Source: an uncultured Ignavibacteria bacterium (lineage in GTDB: Bacteria > Bacteroidota > Ignavibacteria > Ch128b). Taken from it: a DNA stretch of 64,000 nt. The position numbers and the translations under genes were made by a program. The stretch lies in NCBI GenBank assembly GCA_937944105.1, contig CALDZP010000034.1, forward strand, positions 38,262 through 102,261, read 5' to 3'. The number at the start of each line of letters is the position of its first letter. Positions within the stretch are counted from its first letter, which is position 1. The notes below the pieces were generated by a model. That model was not told the DNA's origin. It worked only from the letters and a program-made list of their open reading frames with translations, and searched no databases. Positions 9,405 through 19,286 of this stretch are shown one piece after another.

Positions 9405-10213
9405 TCAATCTTTGATTTTGAATATTTAAAGTACTCACTTCTTTTCAATTCGTAAAATATAATTGATGCTGAAATCGCTAAATTGAGTGATTCAGCAGAA
9501 CCAGATGAGGGTATACTAACAAAATCATCACACATTTTTTTAATTTCATTAGAGATACCTTTTGATTCATTTCCAAATATTAAAATTGTTCTTTCTTTTA
9601 ATTCAAATTTTGCAATGTTTTTACCTTTAGTGGTAGTTCCCAAAAGTTTATAACCAGTTTGTTTAGCTTTATTTAAAAAATCATTTAAATCGACTTCATC
9701 AAATATGTTAATATGAAAAATTGATCCCATTGAAGCTCTAACAACTTTAGGATTTGTAATTTCTACACTGGTTCTACTTATAACAATACAATCCAAACCA
9801 AACCAATCGGCAGATCTTATTATTGTACCAAGATTTCCAGGATCACTAATATTTTCAAACACAGGGATTATAATTGGTAGTTTTGTGAATATATTTTCTA
9901 ATTCATATTTTTTCTTCTCAACAAGAGCTGCGATACCACTGGGGGATGTTTCGTTTGTAATTTTACTAAATTCTTTTTCACTTAATTCAAAACAAATAAT
10001 TTTCTTTGAGGCAAAATTATTTTTTAATTTATCAATGAGTTGAAGACCCTTGTTTGTAGCATAAATTTCTTTTGTTTCCCAATCGGAATTTAAAGCTTCA
10101 ATTAAAAGTTTTTCCGATTCTATTAAAAAATGATTACTTTCCTGTCGGTATTTTTTTTGTTTAAGTTTTGATATTTCTTTGAGGTGATTCGAGCTTATTT
10201 TTCTAATTATCAT
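9401..10213 (-). CDS. TrmH/SpoU-family RNA 2'-O-methyltransferase
   Basis: 'FENISDPGNLGTIIRSADWFG' and 'GSAESLNLAISASIIFYEL' SpoU motifs. Confidence 0.8.
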   Translation of the reverse strand: MIIRKISSNHLKEISKLKQKKYRQESNHFLIESEKLLIEALNSDWETKEIYATNKGLQLIDKLKNNFASKKIICFELSEKEFSKITNETSPSGIAALVEKKKYELENIFTKLPIIIPVFENISDPGNLGTIIRSADWFGLDCIVISRTSVEITNPKVVRASMGSIFHINIFDEVDLNDFLNKAKQTGYKLLGTTTKGKNIAKFELKERTILIFGNESKGISNEIKKMCDDFVSIPSSGSAESLNLAISASIIFYELKRSEYFKYSKSKID

Positions 10214-10248
10214 ATCTTTAAGAATTGGGGATTAGAATCTTATTATTT

Positions 10249-11751
10249 TCAGTCTTGCTTAATAAATTTGAAGATTTGTGTCTGGTATGGTTTCAAATCC
10301 AGATACAATCCATTATTTAACATTTCGTCTCCATCTCTTAAATATTCTTCGGAGCTTAATCTATCTTTGATTAAGAATCTTTTGCCAGCTAAATCGTAAC
10401 TTAAAATTTTTACTTTACATTGAGATTGATAGGGAGAAAGATTTATTACTACAAGATCTTTATTCATTTTATCGTCTTCATAAAGATAAATTATGAAATT
10501 GTAGAATGCTGGATTCCCTTCCCAGGCTGGAATTGGTTTTAAGATTTTAAAGTAGCCGTTCTTAATGGTAGAATTTTTAATGGATGAAAAAAGTAATTTA
10601 TAGAAATTAATCAACTCAGCGCTTTCTTGTTCTTTCTGAATTCTTCCTAATTGAAGTGCGTGATAAAATTTTCTACCTTCAATTTGTCCATCATAAATTA
10701 ATTTCATTGACGGTAAGGTATAAATTAAAGTGGCAACGGCTTTTAACTTTTCAATTTGAAATAGGTGTGCAGATCTTTGTTCATCATGATTTTCGATAAA
10801 TAAAAATCGCTTCTTCCGATATGAGAAAATTCTACTAATGTATTCATTTATAAAACCTATTGAATTTTCAAGAATCATATTATAAAGTTTTTTTTCATAA
10901 ACATAATCAAATCCTAAATCGAGCAAATCATTTTCTCTATCCCAGTAAACTTCAGCAATTAAAGTAAAATCAGGATTTTTATGTTTCAATTTTTTGATTG
11001 CTTCAAACCAGAATTCTTTTGCTAATGGAACATAATCATCGGGTAATGGATAATCTTTCCAATTTTCATAAAATATATCTGACAATAAAAGCATTGACAT
11101 ATCACATCGAAGCCCATCACATTTTTCCGATAACTTGAGTAGTTCTTTTATCATAAAATCACGAACTTTTTTTGAGCGATAGTCGAGTTGTAAAGTATCT
11201 TTCCAGACTGGGGAGTAAGGTTCTTTCCCATGAGCTAATAAATATTCCTTGCCTTTTATTTTTAATGAGATAAATTCGTTTGTTTTAGACTTGCTTAAGT
11301 TTTCTGATGCTTTAATAAAGAATTCAGGATGTTTTTTAACTACTGGACTATCAATTGCAAAATGATTTGGCACAAAATCCAGAATAATTTTTAGATCAAA
11401 TTTTTCAAGTAATAATTTTCTAAGTTTCTTATAAGATTCTTCTCCACCGAATTCTTTTGAAATTTTGTAGTTGGTAATTGCATAAGGTGAACCAATAACA
11501 TCTTCCACTTGCCAATCTGGTAATGATTCGAAATATCTTGTATGTAATTCTTTCATTGAGATAGAAATTTCTCTACTTACTTTGCTCGGTTCATAAATTC
11601 CTAAGATCCAGAGAAATTCAATTCCTAAATTTCTGAGATTTTCGAAAAAGTTGTTTGGGATATCGAAAAATGTTGGTTTATTTTTATTCGTTATGTTTAT
11701 TCTTCGAATGAATTCCCGAATATCAATTTGATATACTAATCTATGGTTCAT
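10249..11751 (-). CDS. GH13 alpha-amylase-family glycoside hydrolase
   Basis: GH13 regions I-IV: 'DFVPNHFA', 'GLRCDMSM', 'IAEVYWD', 'FIENHD'. Confidence 0.7.
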   Translation of the reverse strand: MNHRLVYQIDIREFIRRINITNKNKPTFFDIPNNFFENLRNLGIEFLWILGIYEPSKVSREISISMKELHTRYFESLPDWQVEDVIGSPYAITNYKISKEFGGEESYKKLRKLLLEKFDLKIILDFVPNHFAIDSPVVKKHPEFFIKASENLSKSKTNEFISLKIKGKEYLLAHGKEPYSPVWKDTLQLDYRSKKVRDFMIKELLKLSEKCDGLRCDMSMLLLSDIFYENWKDYPLPDDYVPLAKEFWFEAIKKLKHKNPDFTLIAEVYWDRENDLLDLGFDYVYEKKLYNMILENSIGFINEYISRIFSYRKKRFLFIENHDEQRSAHLFQIEKLKAVATLIYTLPSMKLIYDGQIEGRKFYHALQLGRIQKEQESAELINFYKLLFSSIKNSTIKNGYFKILKPIPAWEGNPAFYNFIIYLYEDDKMNKDLVVINLSPYQSQCKVKILSYDLAGKRFLIKDRLSSEEYLRDGDEMLNNGLYLDLKPYQTQIFKFIKQD

Positions 11752-11753
11752 AT

Positions 11754-13532
11754 TTAAATGGTGAAATATTTTGCTTCTGGATGATGAATAATAATTGCTG
11801 AAGTACTCTGTTCAGGTACCATTTGAAAACCATCTGTCAGTGTAACTCCAATTCTCTCAGGTCTTAAAAGTTTAAATAGTTTTGTCTGATCTTCAAGGTT
11901 AGGGCAAGCAGGATAACCAAAAGAGTATCTTGATCCACGATAACCCTGTTGAAAAAGTTTTTTAATATCCTTTGCATCTGCATAATCAATTTTTAGTTCT
12001 TCACGGATTTTTTTGTGCCAGTATTCTGCAAGTGCTTCGGCGGTTTCTACTGAAAGTCCATGAAAGAATAAATATTCAGAATACTGATTATTTGAGTAAA
12101 GATATTTAGAATATTCAGTTGCTTCATTTCCAACTGTTACAACATGAAAAGCAACAACATCAAATTTTCCACTTTCCACGGGCAAAACAAAATCTGAAAT
12201 ACATAAATTCTTTTTATCAACTTGTCTTGGAAAAGAAAAACGCACAAATTCTTCTAATTGAACTTTGGATAAATCTAAATCCCAGATGTCATATATTTTT
12301 TCATTATCCAAATTTTCAGGTTTATAAATTATTAAATCATTTTTGTCAGATTGTGCTGGGAAATATCCATAAACGACTTTTGGTTTGAGTAAATTATTTT
12401 CTTTTACTGTTCTCTTTAGTTTTTCATAAATAGGTAAGATTTTTTCTTCCACAAGTTTATTGTATTCTTCATCAGATATTTTTCTTTTTCTGAATTGCCA
12501 TTGACCTCTGAAGAGAGCTACTTCATTAATATATTTAAAGACTTCATCAAGTGGAATATCTTCAACAATTTTTACACCCCAGAATGGAGGTTGAGGGACT
12601 TCATCAAGTATGGATACACTTGATTTTTGAAAAGCTTTTTCTTCATCAAAGAATGCAAGTTTTGCATCACTACCAACGAGTGTATCAAGTATATCATCAT
12701 CAGTAATATCACTCTCAAGTTTTTTATCCTGTTTTATAAGTTCTTCTAAGTTATGTGACTTAATTTTTTCCATGAATTTTAATCCATCGAAAGCATCTTC
12801 GGCATATTCAACATATCCCTTATAAATTTTTTTCAGATCTTGTTCAACATATCTTCTTGTAAGAGCTGCGCCACCTAAAACTACAGGAATATGGAGTCCT
12901 TGTTCATTTAAGACTTCGAGGTTTTCTTTCATTATTAATGTTGATTTTACAAGTAAACCACTCATGCCAATTGCATCGGCATTTTGTTTTTCAAATTCTT
13001 CGATCATTTTTTCAACCGGACATTTTATTCCAAGATTATAAACAGTATAACCATTATTTGTTAGAATTATATCAACTAAATTCTTCCCTATGTCATGCAC
13101 GTCTCCTTTAACAGTTGCAAGAACAATTTTACCTTTAGATTCTCCCTGTTTCTTTTCCATAAATTTTTCAAGATAACCAACAGCTGATTTCATGACTTCG
13201 GCACTTTGCAAAACAAATGGAAGTTGCATCTGTCCGCTTCCGAAAAGTTCACCTACAATTTTCATCCCTTCCAGAAGTATTTTATTAATAATGTCTAAAG
13301 CTGAATATTTTTTAAGAGCTTCATCGAGATCTTCCTTTAATCCAATTTTTTCTCCATCTATAATTCTATTTTTTAATCTCTCCTCAACTGAAAGATCCTT
13401 TTTATTTGATTTCTCTTTGTCCTCTTCAGGTTTAGATGAATAATAGGCAATTAATTCCTGTAATGGATCGTAGACAACCTTTCTTTCTTTTTCTGCCATA
13501 ATTCTTGTGATTTTTGTTAATAATTTAAACAA
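11754..13532 (-). CDS. metH: Methionine synthase C-terminal half (B12-binding cap, B12-binding and AdoMet activation domains)
   Basis: 'GDVHDIGKN' (DxHxxG), 'MSGLL' (SxL), 'VVLGGAAL' (GG) cobalamin-binding motifs; activation-domain 'GYPACP' motif; 592 aa. Confidence 0.8.
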   Translation of the reverse strand: MFKLLTKITRIMAEKERKVVYDPLQELIAYYSSKPEEDKEKSNKKDLSVEERLKNRIIDGEKIGLKEDLDEALKKYSALDIINKILLEGMKIVGELFGSGQMQLPFVLQSAEVMKSAVGYLEKFMEKKQGESKGKIVLATVKGDVHDIGKNLVDIILTNNGYTVYNLGIKCPVEKMIEEFEKQNADAIGMSGLLVKSTLIMKENLEVLNEQGLHIPVVLGGAALTRRYVEQDLKKIYKGYVEYAEDAFDGLKFMEKIKSHNLEELIKQDKKLESDITDDDILDTLVGSDAKLAFFDEEKAFQKSSVSILDEVPQPPFWGVKIVEDIPLDEVFKYINEVALFRGQWQFRKRKISDEEYNKLVEEKILPIYEKLKRTVKENNLLKPKVVYGYFPAQSDKNDLIIYKPENLDNEKIYDIWDLDLSKVQLEEFVRFSFPRQVDKKNLCISDFVLPVESGKFDVVAFHVVTVGNEATEYSKYLYSNNQYSEYLFFHGLSVETAEALAEYWHKKIREELKIDYADAKDIKKLFQQGYRGSRYSFGYPACPNLEDQTKLFKLLRPERIGVTLTDGFQMVPEQSTSAIIIHHPEAKYFTI

Positions 13533-13866
13533 GGTTTGTGTGAAAATAAATTCATTTGAGAATTTATTTTTTTAATTTTCAGGATAAAAAAAGTTTTAAA
13601 TTGTTTCATCCATGAATAATAGTTTTTAACATTAAAACTGAAATCCTTTATTTCTTGATTTCATATTTTTTAATTCATTTCACTTTGAATTATATCGTTT
13701 ATAATTAAAAAATTTCAAAATTAAATACCCGAGAAATGTTTCTTATTGTTGTTAAGGATTAAAACCCAGGAGTCTTAAAATTTTGTTGTGTATTTTGAAA
13801 TAAGTTATAAAAAAAATTTTGATTACATGGTTTATTTAATTCTGAAAAATATTTAACTTATCTATT

Positions 13867-16089
13867 ATGAAACGAATTTTATTTTGGATTACAATATTTA
13901 TGCTTAAACTTTATTCTCAGAATAAAGATACTTCTATAATTTTTTCTGAAGTAATGTTTTATAATTCATCTTCTATTCCGAATGGAGAATTTATTGAATT
14001 ATTTAATACGAGCTACACTGATACAATTGATATTTTGGGTTGGAAAATTAAATATTATACTTCGGTGGCTGATCAAATAGTAGATGCTGGGCAGGGAACA
14101 AAAATTCTTCCTCGTCAATTTGCTGTAATTTTTGAGAATGATTATTCTGGTGGTTATTCAGTTCCATCCTCAGCGTTGATATTAAAAATAAGTGATAATG
14201 CTTTTGGTACATCGGGAATGGCAAATGGAACAGATAGAGATATTCATCTCATCAATGCAACTAATGATACAATATGGTCATATACATATTCAGCGAACAA
14301 TTCATCGGGATATTCTGATGAAAAAATAATTTTAATAGGAGACAATTCGCCTTCAAATTGGGCAAATTCTTTAATATTAAATGGAACTCCTGGCGGGCGT
14401 AATAGTGTCTCCCCGAAAGAATATGATATTGGGTTGGTTAGATTTAAAACAACTCCCTTATTTCCTGTATTGAATGACACAGTTCAAGTTGGTGTTTGGG
14501 TAAAAAATTTCGGGATTCGAGATGCTTCGAATTTCATTGTTACATTTAAATATGATTTTAATAATGATGGGATTTATGATTTATTTGTCACTTCAAATAC
14601 AATTAATTATCTAAAATCTGGAGATTCATTATTTATAATATCTGATTCATTGATTAAGGGTTTGAGCTCTGAGGTAAAGATTTTATCTGAATTAAACTTT
14701 ACTCTTGATGAAAATCATGTTAATGATACAATTTCATTGTTGATTAAACCTGGAGTTTCACCGGGTACGGTTTTAATTAGTGAAGTAATGTATGATCCAA
14801 GAACAGGTGAACCTGAATGGGTAGAAATCTACAATAAATCTGACTCAAAAGTAAATCTTAAAGGATGGAAAATTTCTGATGTTCTTGCAACTCCTACAAT
14901 TACAACGATCACAAATAATGATTTTTACATTGAACCAAAATCACTCCTTGTTTTAGCTTCGAATTTATCAATTAGAAATTTTTATGATACCATTTCATCT
15001 CCTTTATTGGTAGTTCCAATACCCACATTAAACAATGATAAAGATGGTGTTGTAATTTATGATGAAAGAGGGTTAATGATTGATTCACTTTTTTATTTTT
15101 CTCATTGGGGAATTAGTAAGCGTTCAATTGAAAGAATAAGTTATGATAGAGAAACAAACTTAAAAAGTAATTGGGCAGCTTCTGTCTCAGATAGTGGAGG
15201 AACACCCGGAAATTTTAATTCTGTGATGAATATTCAACCAGCAAATCCATCATCTATTGTAATTAATGAAATTATGTATGAACCGTTAACAGGATTTGCT
15301 GAATACATTGAAATTTATAATAACTCTCTAGATTCAATTAATCTGGCAGGATGGAAAATAGTCGAAGGTGGTGGTAAATCATTTTTGTTAAGCTCAAGAA
15401 CAAAATATCTTAAAGCAGGTGAATATTTTGTTATTTCTTCAGATTCATCAATTTTGTCTCTCTTTCCTTATCTTCATGAATCTTATTTTTCAAATAATTT
15501 AAAAATTTTTAATGCCCCAGATTTATCTTTATCTAATACTGGCGACATATTAGTTCTGCAAGATATTTTTGAAAATAATATTGATAGTGTAGCTTATCAA
15601 ACAAAATGGCATAATCCAGAAATCGATAATTCGAAAGGCAGATCACTCGAAAGGATAAATCCATCTCTTAATTCAAATGACAGCAGAAACTGGACAACTT
15701 CGGTAAATCCAGCAGGCGGAACCCCATTAATTCAAAATTCTGTTTATACTAAAAAAGTTTCTACCTCATCAAAAATTGAGATTTCTCCCAATCCGTTCTC
15801 ACCTGATAATGATGGCTTTGAAGATTTTACCATCATCTCGTATCAATTACCTATTGAGACATCCCAGATAAGGATCAGAATATTCGATAGTGTGGGAAGA
15901 CTCGTTAGAACATTAGCGGACAATGAGCCCTCTGCTTCTTCTGGTTCAATTATCTTTGATGGGCTTGATGATAATAAGCAACCTCTTAGAATTGGAATTT
16001 ACATTGTACTGCTTGAAGCTATAAATCAGCAAAATGGTGTAGTTGAGAAAATCAAACAACCTTTAGTAATTGCAAGAAAATTTAAATGA
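13867..16089 (+). CDS. Secreted lamin-tail-domain (LTD) x3 protein with FlgD-Ig/T9SS-like C-terminal domain
   Basis: Three LTD-like repeats ('SEVMYDP..EWVEIYN..GWKI'); C-terminal 'SPNPFSPDNDGFED...GIYIVLL'. Confidence 0.6.
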   Translation: MKRILFWITIFMLKLYSQNKDTSIIFSEVMFYNSSSIPNGEFIELFNTSYTDTIDILGWKIKYYTSVADQIVDAGQGTKILPRQFAVIFENDYSGGYSVPSSALILKISDNAFGTSGMANGTDRDIHLINATNDTIWSYTYSANNSSGYSDEKIILIGDNSPSNWANSLILNGTPGGRNSVSPKEYDIGLVRFKTTPLFPVLNDTVQVGVWVKNFGIRDASNFIVTFKYDFNNDGIYDLFVTSNTINYLKSGDSLFIISDSLIKGLSSEVKILSELNFTLDENHVNDTISLLIKPGVSPGTVLISEVMYDPRTGEPEWVEIYNKSDSKVNLKGWKISDVLATPTITTITNNDFYIEPKSLLVLASNLSIRNFYDTISSPLLVVPIPTLNNDKDGVVIYDERGLMIDSLFYFSHWGISKRSIERISYDRETNLKSNWAASVSDSGGTPGNFNSVMNIQPANPSSIVINEIMYEPLTGFAEYIEIYNNSLDSINLAGWKIVEGGGKSFLLSSRTKYLKAGEYFVISSDSSILSLFPYLHESYFSNNLKIFNAPDLSLSNTGDILVLQDIFENNIDSVAYQTKWHNPEIDNSKGRSLERINPSLNSNDSRNWTTSVNPAGGTPLIQNSVYTKKVSTSSKIEISPNPFSPDNDGFEDFTIISYQLPIETSQIRIRIFDSVGRLVRTLADNEPSASSGSIIFDGLDDNKQPLRIGIYIVLLEAINQQNGVVEKIKQPLVIARKFK

Positions 16090-16264
16090 ATGTAAAATCA
16101 TAACGATTGAGAAAGTTATAAAAAAATACGATTTTACAAAAAAAGGAGGCTTTAAATAGTAATGGAAGAAAAAATTAGATTAAATCCTAACAGGGAATTT
16201 AAAGTTAAGTTGGTGCGTTATATTATTTTAACAATCTTGTTTGTAATTGCTGTAATTTTTTTGT

Positions 16265-17320
16265 TCAAGCTAATTTTTTCTTATACATTATAACATTTAT
16301 CATTTTATCACAGAAGTCGATTACTGTTTTTACTTCTATATCATTAATATTATTTGTTGGAGAACACAAGTAAAATTTATTTTTCCATAGAGGAGCCCAC
16401 TCATATTTAAGTTCCCTATTCCCAAGTGCAATTAAAATTGTATCAGTTAGTCCAGCAATATGCATAACTCCGGTATCATTTGAGATAAATAAATCACAAT
16501 AGTTAATTAGAGCTAATAATTTTTTAAAAGGCAAATTCTTTGCGTGATAGAAAGGAATTTTTAAGTCATTTAGCGATAAAACTAAATGTTTAGTAACATT
16601 TTCATCGTTCGGTCCAGAAGTTATGATAAAACTCGAATTATATTTTTTATACAAATACTTAATAACACTTAAAAAATTTTCCGTTTTCCAGATGTTTTGA
16701 AGCTTACCCGCCCCTGGATGAACTCCAATTAAAATATTTTGAGATTTATGATTTTCGTTGAAAATATTTTGAGTTTCATTTTTTTCATTTTCATTTAATC
16801 TTGGAAAAGATTCGAAAATTTCTTTGATGGTAATTTCACACCCAATTTGTTTTATCACCTCAAGATTTCTAAAGGTTTGATGAACCTTATTAGTTTTCCA
16901 ATAAAAATTTCTTTTAATATTTAACAAAAAGCTGAATTTATTTTTAAGATTATCGATACTTTCAACACCAACTCGATATTTAATATTTGAAAGATAGCTA
17001 ATTAATATTGAGGTAGTAGAAAATCGAATTGTTGATGGAATGATTGCAAGATCAAATTTAATTTTTCTTAATGTTTTGATAAGTTTAATTTGTTTTTTTA
17101 GTGAAGATCTGTCAAATGAAATTACATTATCAATGTAAGGATTTATTTCTTTGAATGGAATTTCATAGTTTGTTTTTGACGCAAGAAGAGTAATTTGAGA
17201 ACCCGGAAAATGTTTCTTTAAAGCATAAAACATAGGGATTGAAACAATTAAATCACCAATTTGATTATGTTTACGTATAATAAGTATTTTGTTAATATTT
17301 TTAAACTGAAGACTATTCAT
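16265..17320 (-). CDS. Glycosyltransferase family 9 (heptosyltransferase-like)
   Basis: 'ILIIRKHNQIGDLIVSIPMFYALKKHFP' N-terminal GT9 motif; C-terminal 'NDTGVMHIA'. Confidence 0.7.
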   Translation of the reverse strand: MNSLQFKNINKILIIRKHNQIGDLIVSIPMFYALKKHFPGSQITLLASKTNYEIPFKEINPYIDNVISFDRSSLKKQIKLIKTLRKIKFDLAIIPSTIRFSTTSILISYLSNIKYRVGVESIDNLKNKFSFLLNIKRNFYWKTNKVHQTFRNLEVIKQIGCEITIKEIFESFPRLNENEKNETQNIFNENHKSQNILIGVHPGAGKLQNIWKTENFLSVIKYLYKKYNSSFIITSGPNDENVTKHLVLSLNDLKIPFYHAKNLPFKKLLALINYCDLFISNDTGVMHIAGLTDTILIALGNRELKYEWAPLWKNKFYLCSPTNNINDIEVKTVIDFCDKMINVIMYKKKLA

Positions 17321-17330
17321 AAATTCTTAA

Positions 17331-18335
17331 TTGAATGCTTTTAAATATTTAAGTAATTTTGAAATAGTTTTTCGCAAAATAATGAACTTTTCATATAATG
17401 GGTTTAATATTTTAATGTCCAGATTTAATACAATAATTCATTTAATTTTAATTTTTAGCCTTACTTTTTGTTTTACTTCCTGTATAAAAGAAGTTTCTGA
17501 ACCAATTGAACCTACAGTTCTTAAGAAACTTAAGTTAATTCCGGAAAATCCTGTTAATATCATTTATCTTAATTTTAAAAACTTAAAGAAAACAAAATCA
17601 TGGCAAAATTTTTTTACTGAAGATTTAAATGTTCAAACTTCAGAAAGCAAAAATATCTTTGATTCTCTTGGGATCGATTTTAATAATGATATCGATGAAA
17701 TCATAATAGCGAGTCAATGGAACGACATTAATACTTATATAATTACTCTTAACAATACAAAGAATCTAAAACATAATAAATTAAAAGAGAGCGACTTTAA
17801 ATTCTACTTTATAGATGAAAAAATTCTTTTTATTACAAATGATGAGAAAAAACTTGAAAAAGTAATTCACAATGACTTTGAATCCAGTTTTATAAAAAAC
17901 CCTCTATTTAGAAGAATAATTAATTCAATTCAATATAAAGAACAATTCTGGTTTGTTACGAAAAATAATTCATTTTTTATTCACCTTTTAGAAAATGGGA
18001 ATTATGATGCTCAGAAACTTGAAAATTTATTTCGAACAATTCAATTCATCAATTTCTCATTGAGAATCGATAAAGATTTAAGCTTAAATTCTCACTGGGA
18101 ATGCATTGATACTTATAGAGCTAATCTTTTGAGGGGTGTTTTGGATGGACTGATTTCTGTTCTCGCATTGACAGAACCCAATGACCCATTTGCTCGAGAA
18201 TTAGCAAAAGCAAATATTTTTATTGAAAATAAAGCTGTAAATATTAGTTTAAAATTATCAAAAAATGAATTTGAAAAACTTCGTCAATCAACAATCGCAA
18301 ACAAATTGAAGAGAATAACCGGATATGAGCAATGA
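17331..18335 (+). CDS. Hypothetical lipoprotein (likely start at 17415)
   Basis: Internal Met followed by hydrophobic helix and 'FTSC' lipobox. Confidence 0.4.
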   Translation: MNAFKYLSNFEIVFRKIMNFSYNGFNILMSRFNTIIHLILIFSLTFCFTSCIKEVSEPIEPTVLKKLKLIPENPVNIIYLNFKNLKKTKSWQNFFTEDLNVQTSESKNIFDSLGIDFNNDIDEIIIASQWNDINTYIITLNNTKNLKHNKLKESDFKFYFIDEKILFITNDEKKLEKVIHNDFESSFIKNPLFRRIINSIQYKEQFWFVTKNNSFFIHLLENGNYDAQKLENLFRTIQFINFSLRIDKDLSLNSHWECIDTYRANLLRGVLDGLISVLALTEPNDPFARELAKANIFIENKAVNISLKLSKNEFEKLRQSTIANKLKRITGYEQ

Positions 18336-19269
18336 AGAAAAAAAATTAAAGCTTCAGGATTTGATAGATGAAATGCCACTTCCTCAGGTCGAATCTGAAA
18401 GAATCGAGACAGTTGGCATTATTGGTGGTGGCATTATGGGCTCAGGTATAGCACAAGCTGCCTCACAAGCAGGATTGGATGTAATAATTGTTGAAAAAGA
18501 TGAAATCAGCGCAGAAAAGAGTAAAAAAAGATTGAGCGAAAGTATGGATCAAGAGATTAGGCGCTGGGGTATGACCATCAGTGAGAAAAAGGCAATTATT
18601 CAGAGAATACGATGGACAACAGATATCAATGAAGTTAGCGAATGTGATATAATAATTGAAGCTGTAGATGAAGATCTAAAACTTAAACAAGAAATATTTA
18701 GAAAATTAGATGAAATTTGTCCTCCTGAAACAATTTTTGTTTCGAACACCTCCACACTCAGTCTTTCAAAAATTGCTGACGGAACATCACGAGGACATAA
18801 AACAATTGGAATGCATTTCCTGAATCCTGTCCCCAAAGTACCTGTTGTTGAAATTGTTCGTGGAATTGAAACTTCGGATGAAACTGCTAATATTGCTAAG
18901 TCATTTGCGAAGAAATTGGGTAAAACCCCTGTTGAAGTCTTTGAATATCCTGGTTTTATTACAACTCGTGTAATCGTGCCTTTTCTTAATGAAGCCATGC
19001 ATATTTTAATGGAAGGATTAGCAACAGCAGAAGGTATAGATACAGCAACCAAGCTTGGTTATAATCTTCCCATTGGTCCCCTTGAACTTGCAGATACGAT
19101 GGGACTCGATGAAATTCTGGCTTGGATGGAATCTCTCTGGCATGAATTGGGCGAACCTCGCTATCGTCCATGTCCATTACTTAGAAAATATGTGCGTGAA
19201 GGAAAGCTTGGTAAAAAATCAGGAGAAGGTTTCTTTAAATATGATGAACATGGTAGAAAAATAACTTAA
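18325..19269 (+). CDS. hbd: 3-hydroxyacyl-CoA / 3-hydroxybutyryl-CoA dehydrogenase
   Basis: 'VGIIGGGIMGSGIAQ' Rossmann motif; 3HCDH N- and C-domain conservation; about 30-aa N-terminal extension. Confidence 0.8.
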   Translation: MSNEEKKLKLQDLIDEMPLPQVESERIETVGIIGGGIMGSGIAQAASQAGLDVIIVEKDEISAEKSKKRLSESMDQEIRRWGMTISEKKAIIQRIRWTTDINEVSECDIIIEAVDEDLKLKQEIFRKLDEICPPETIFVSNTSTLSLSKIADGTSRGHKTIGMHFLNPVPKVPVVEIVRGIETSDETANIAKSFAKKLGKTPVEVFEYPGFITTRVIVPFLNEAMHILMEGLATAEGIDTATKLGYNLPIGPLELADTMGLDEILAWMESLWHELGEPRYRPCPLLRKYVREGKLGKKSGEGFFKYDEHGRKIT

Positions 19270-19286
19270 AATCAGAGGAAAAATTC

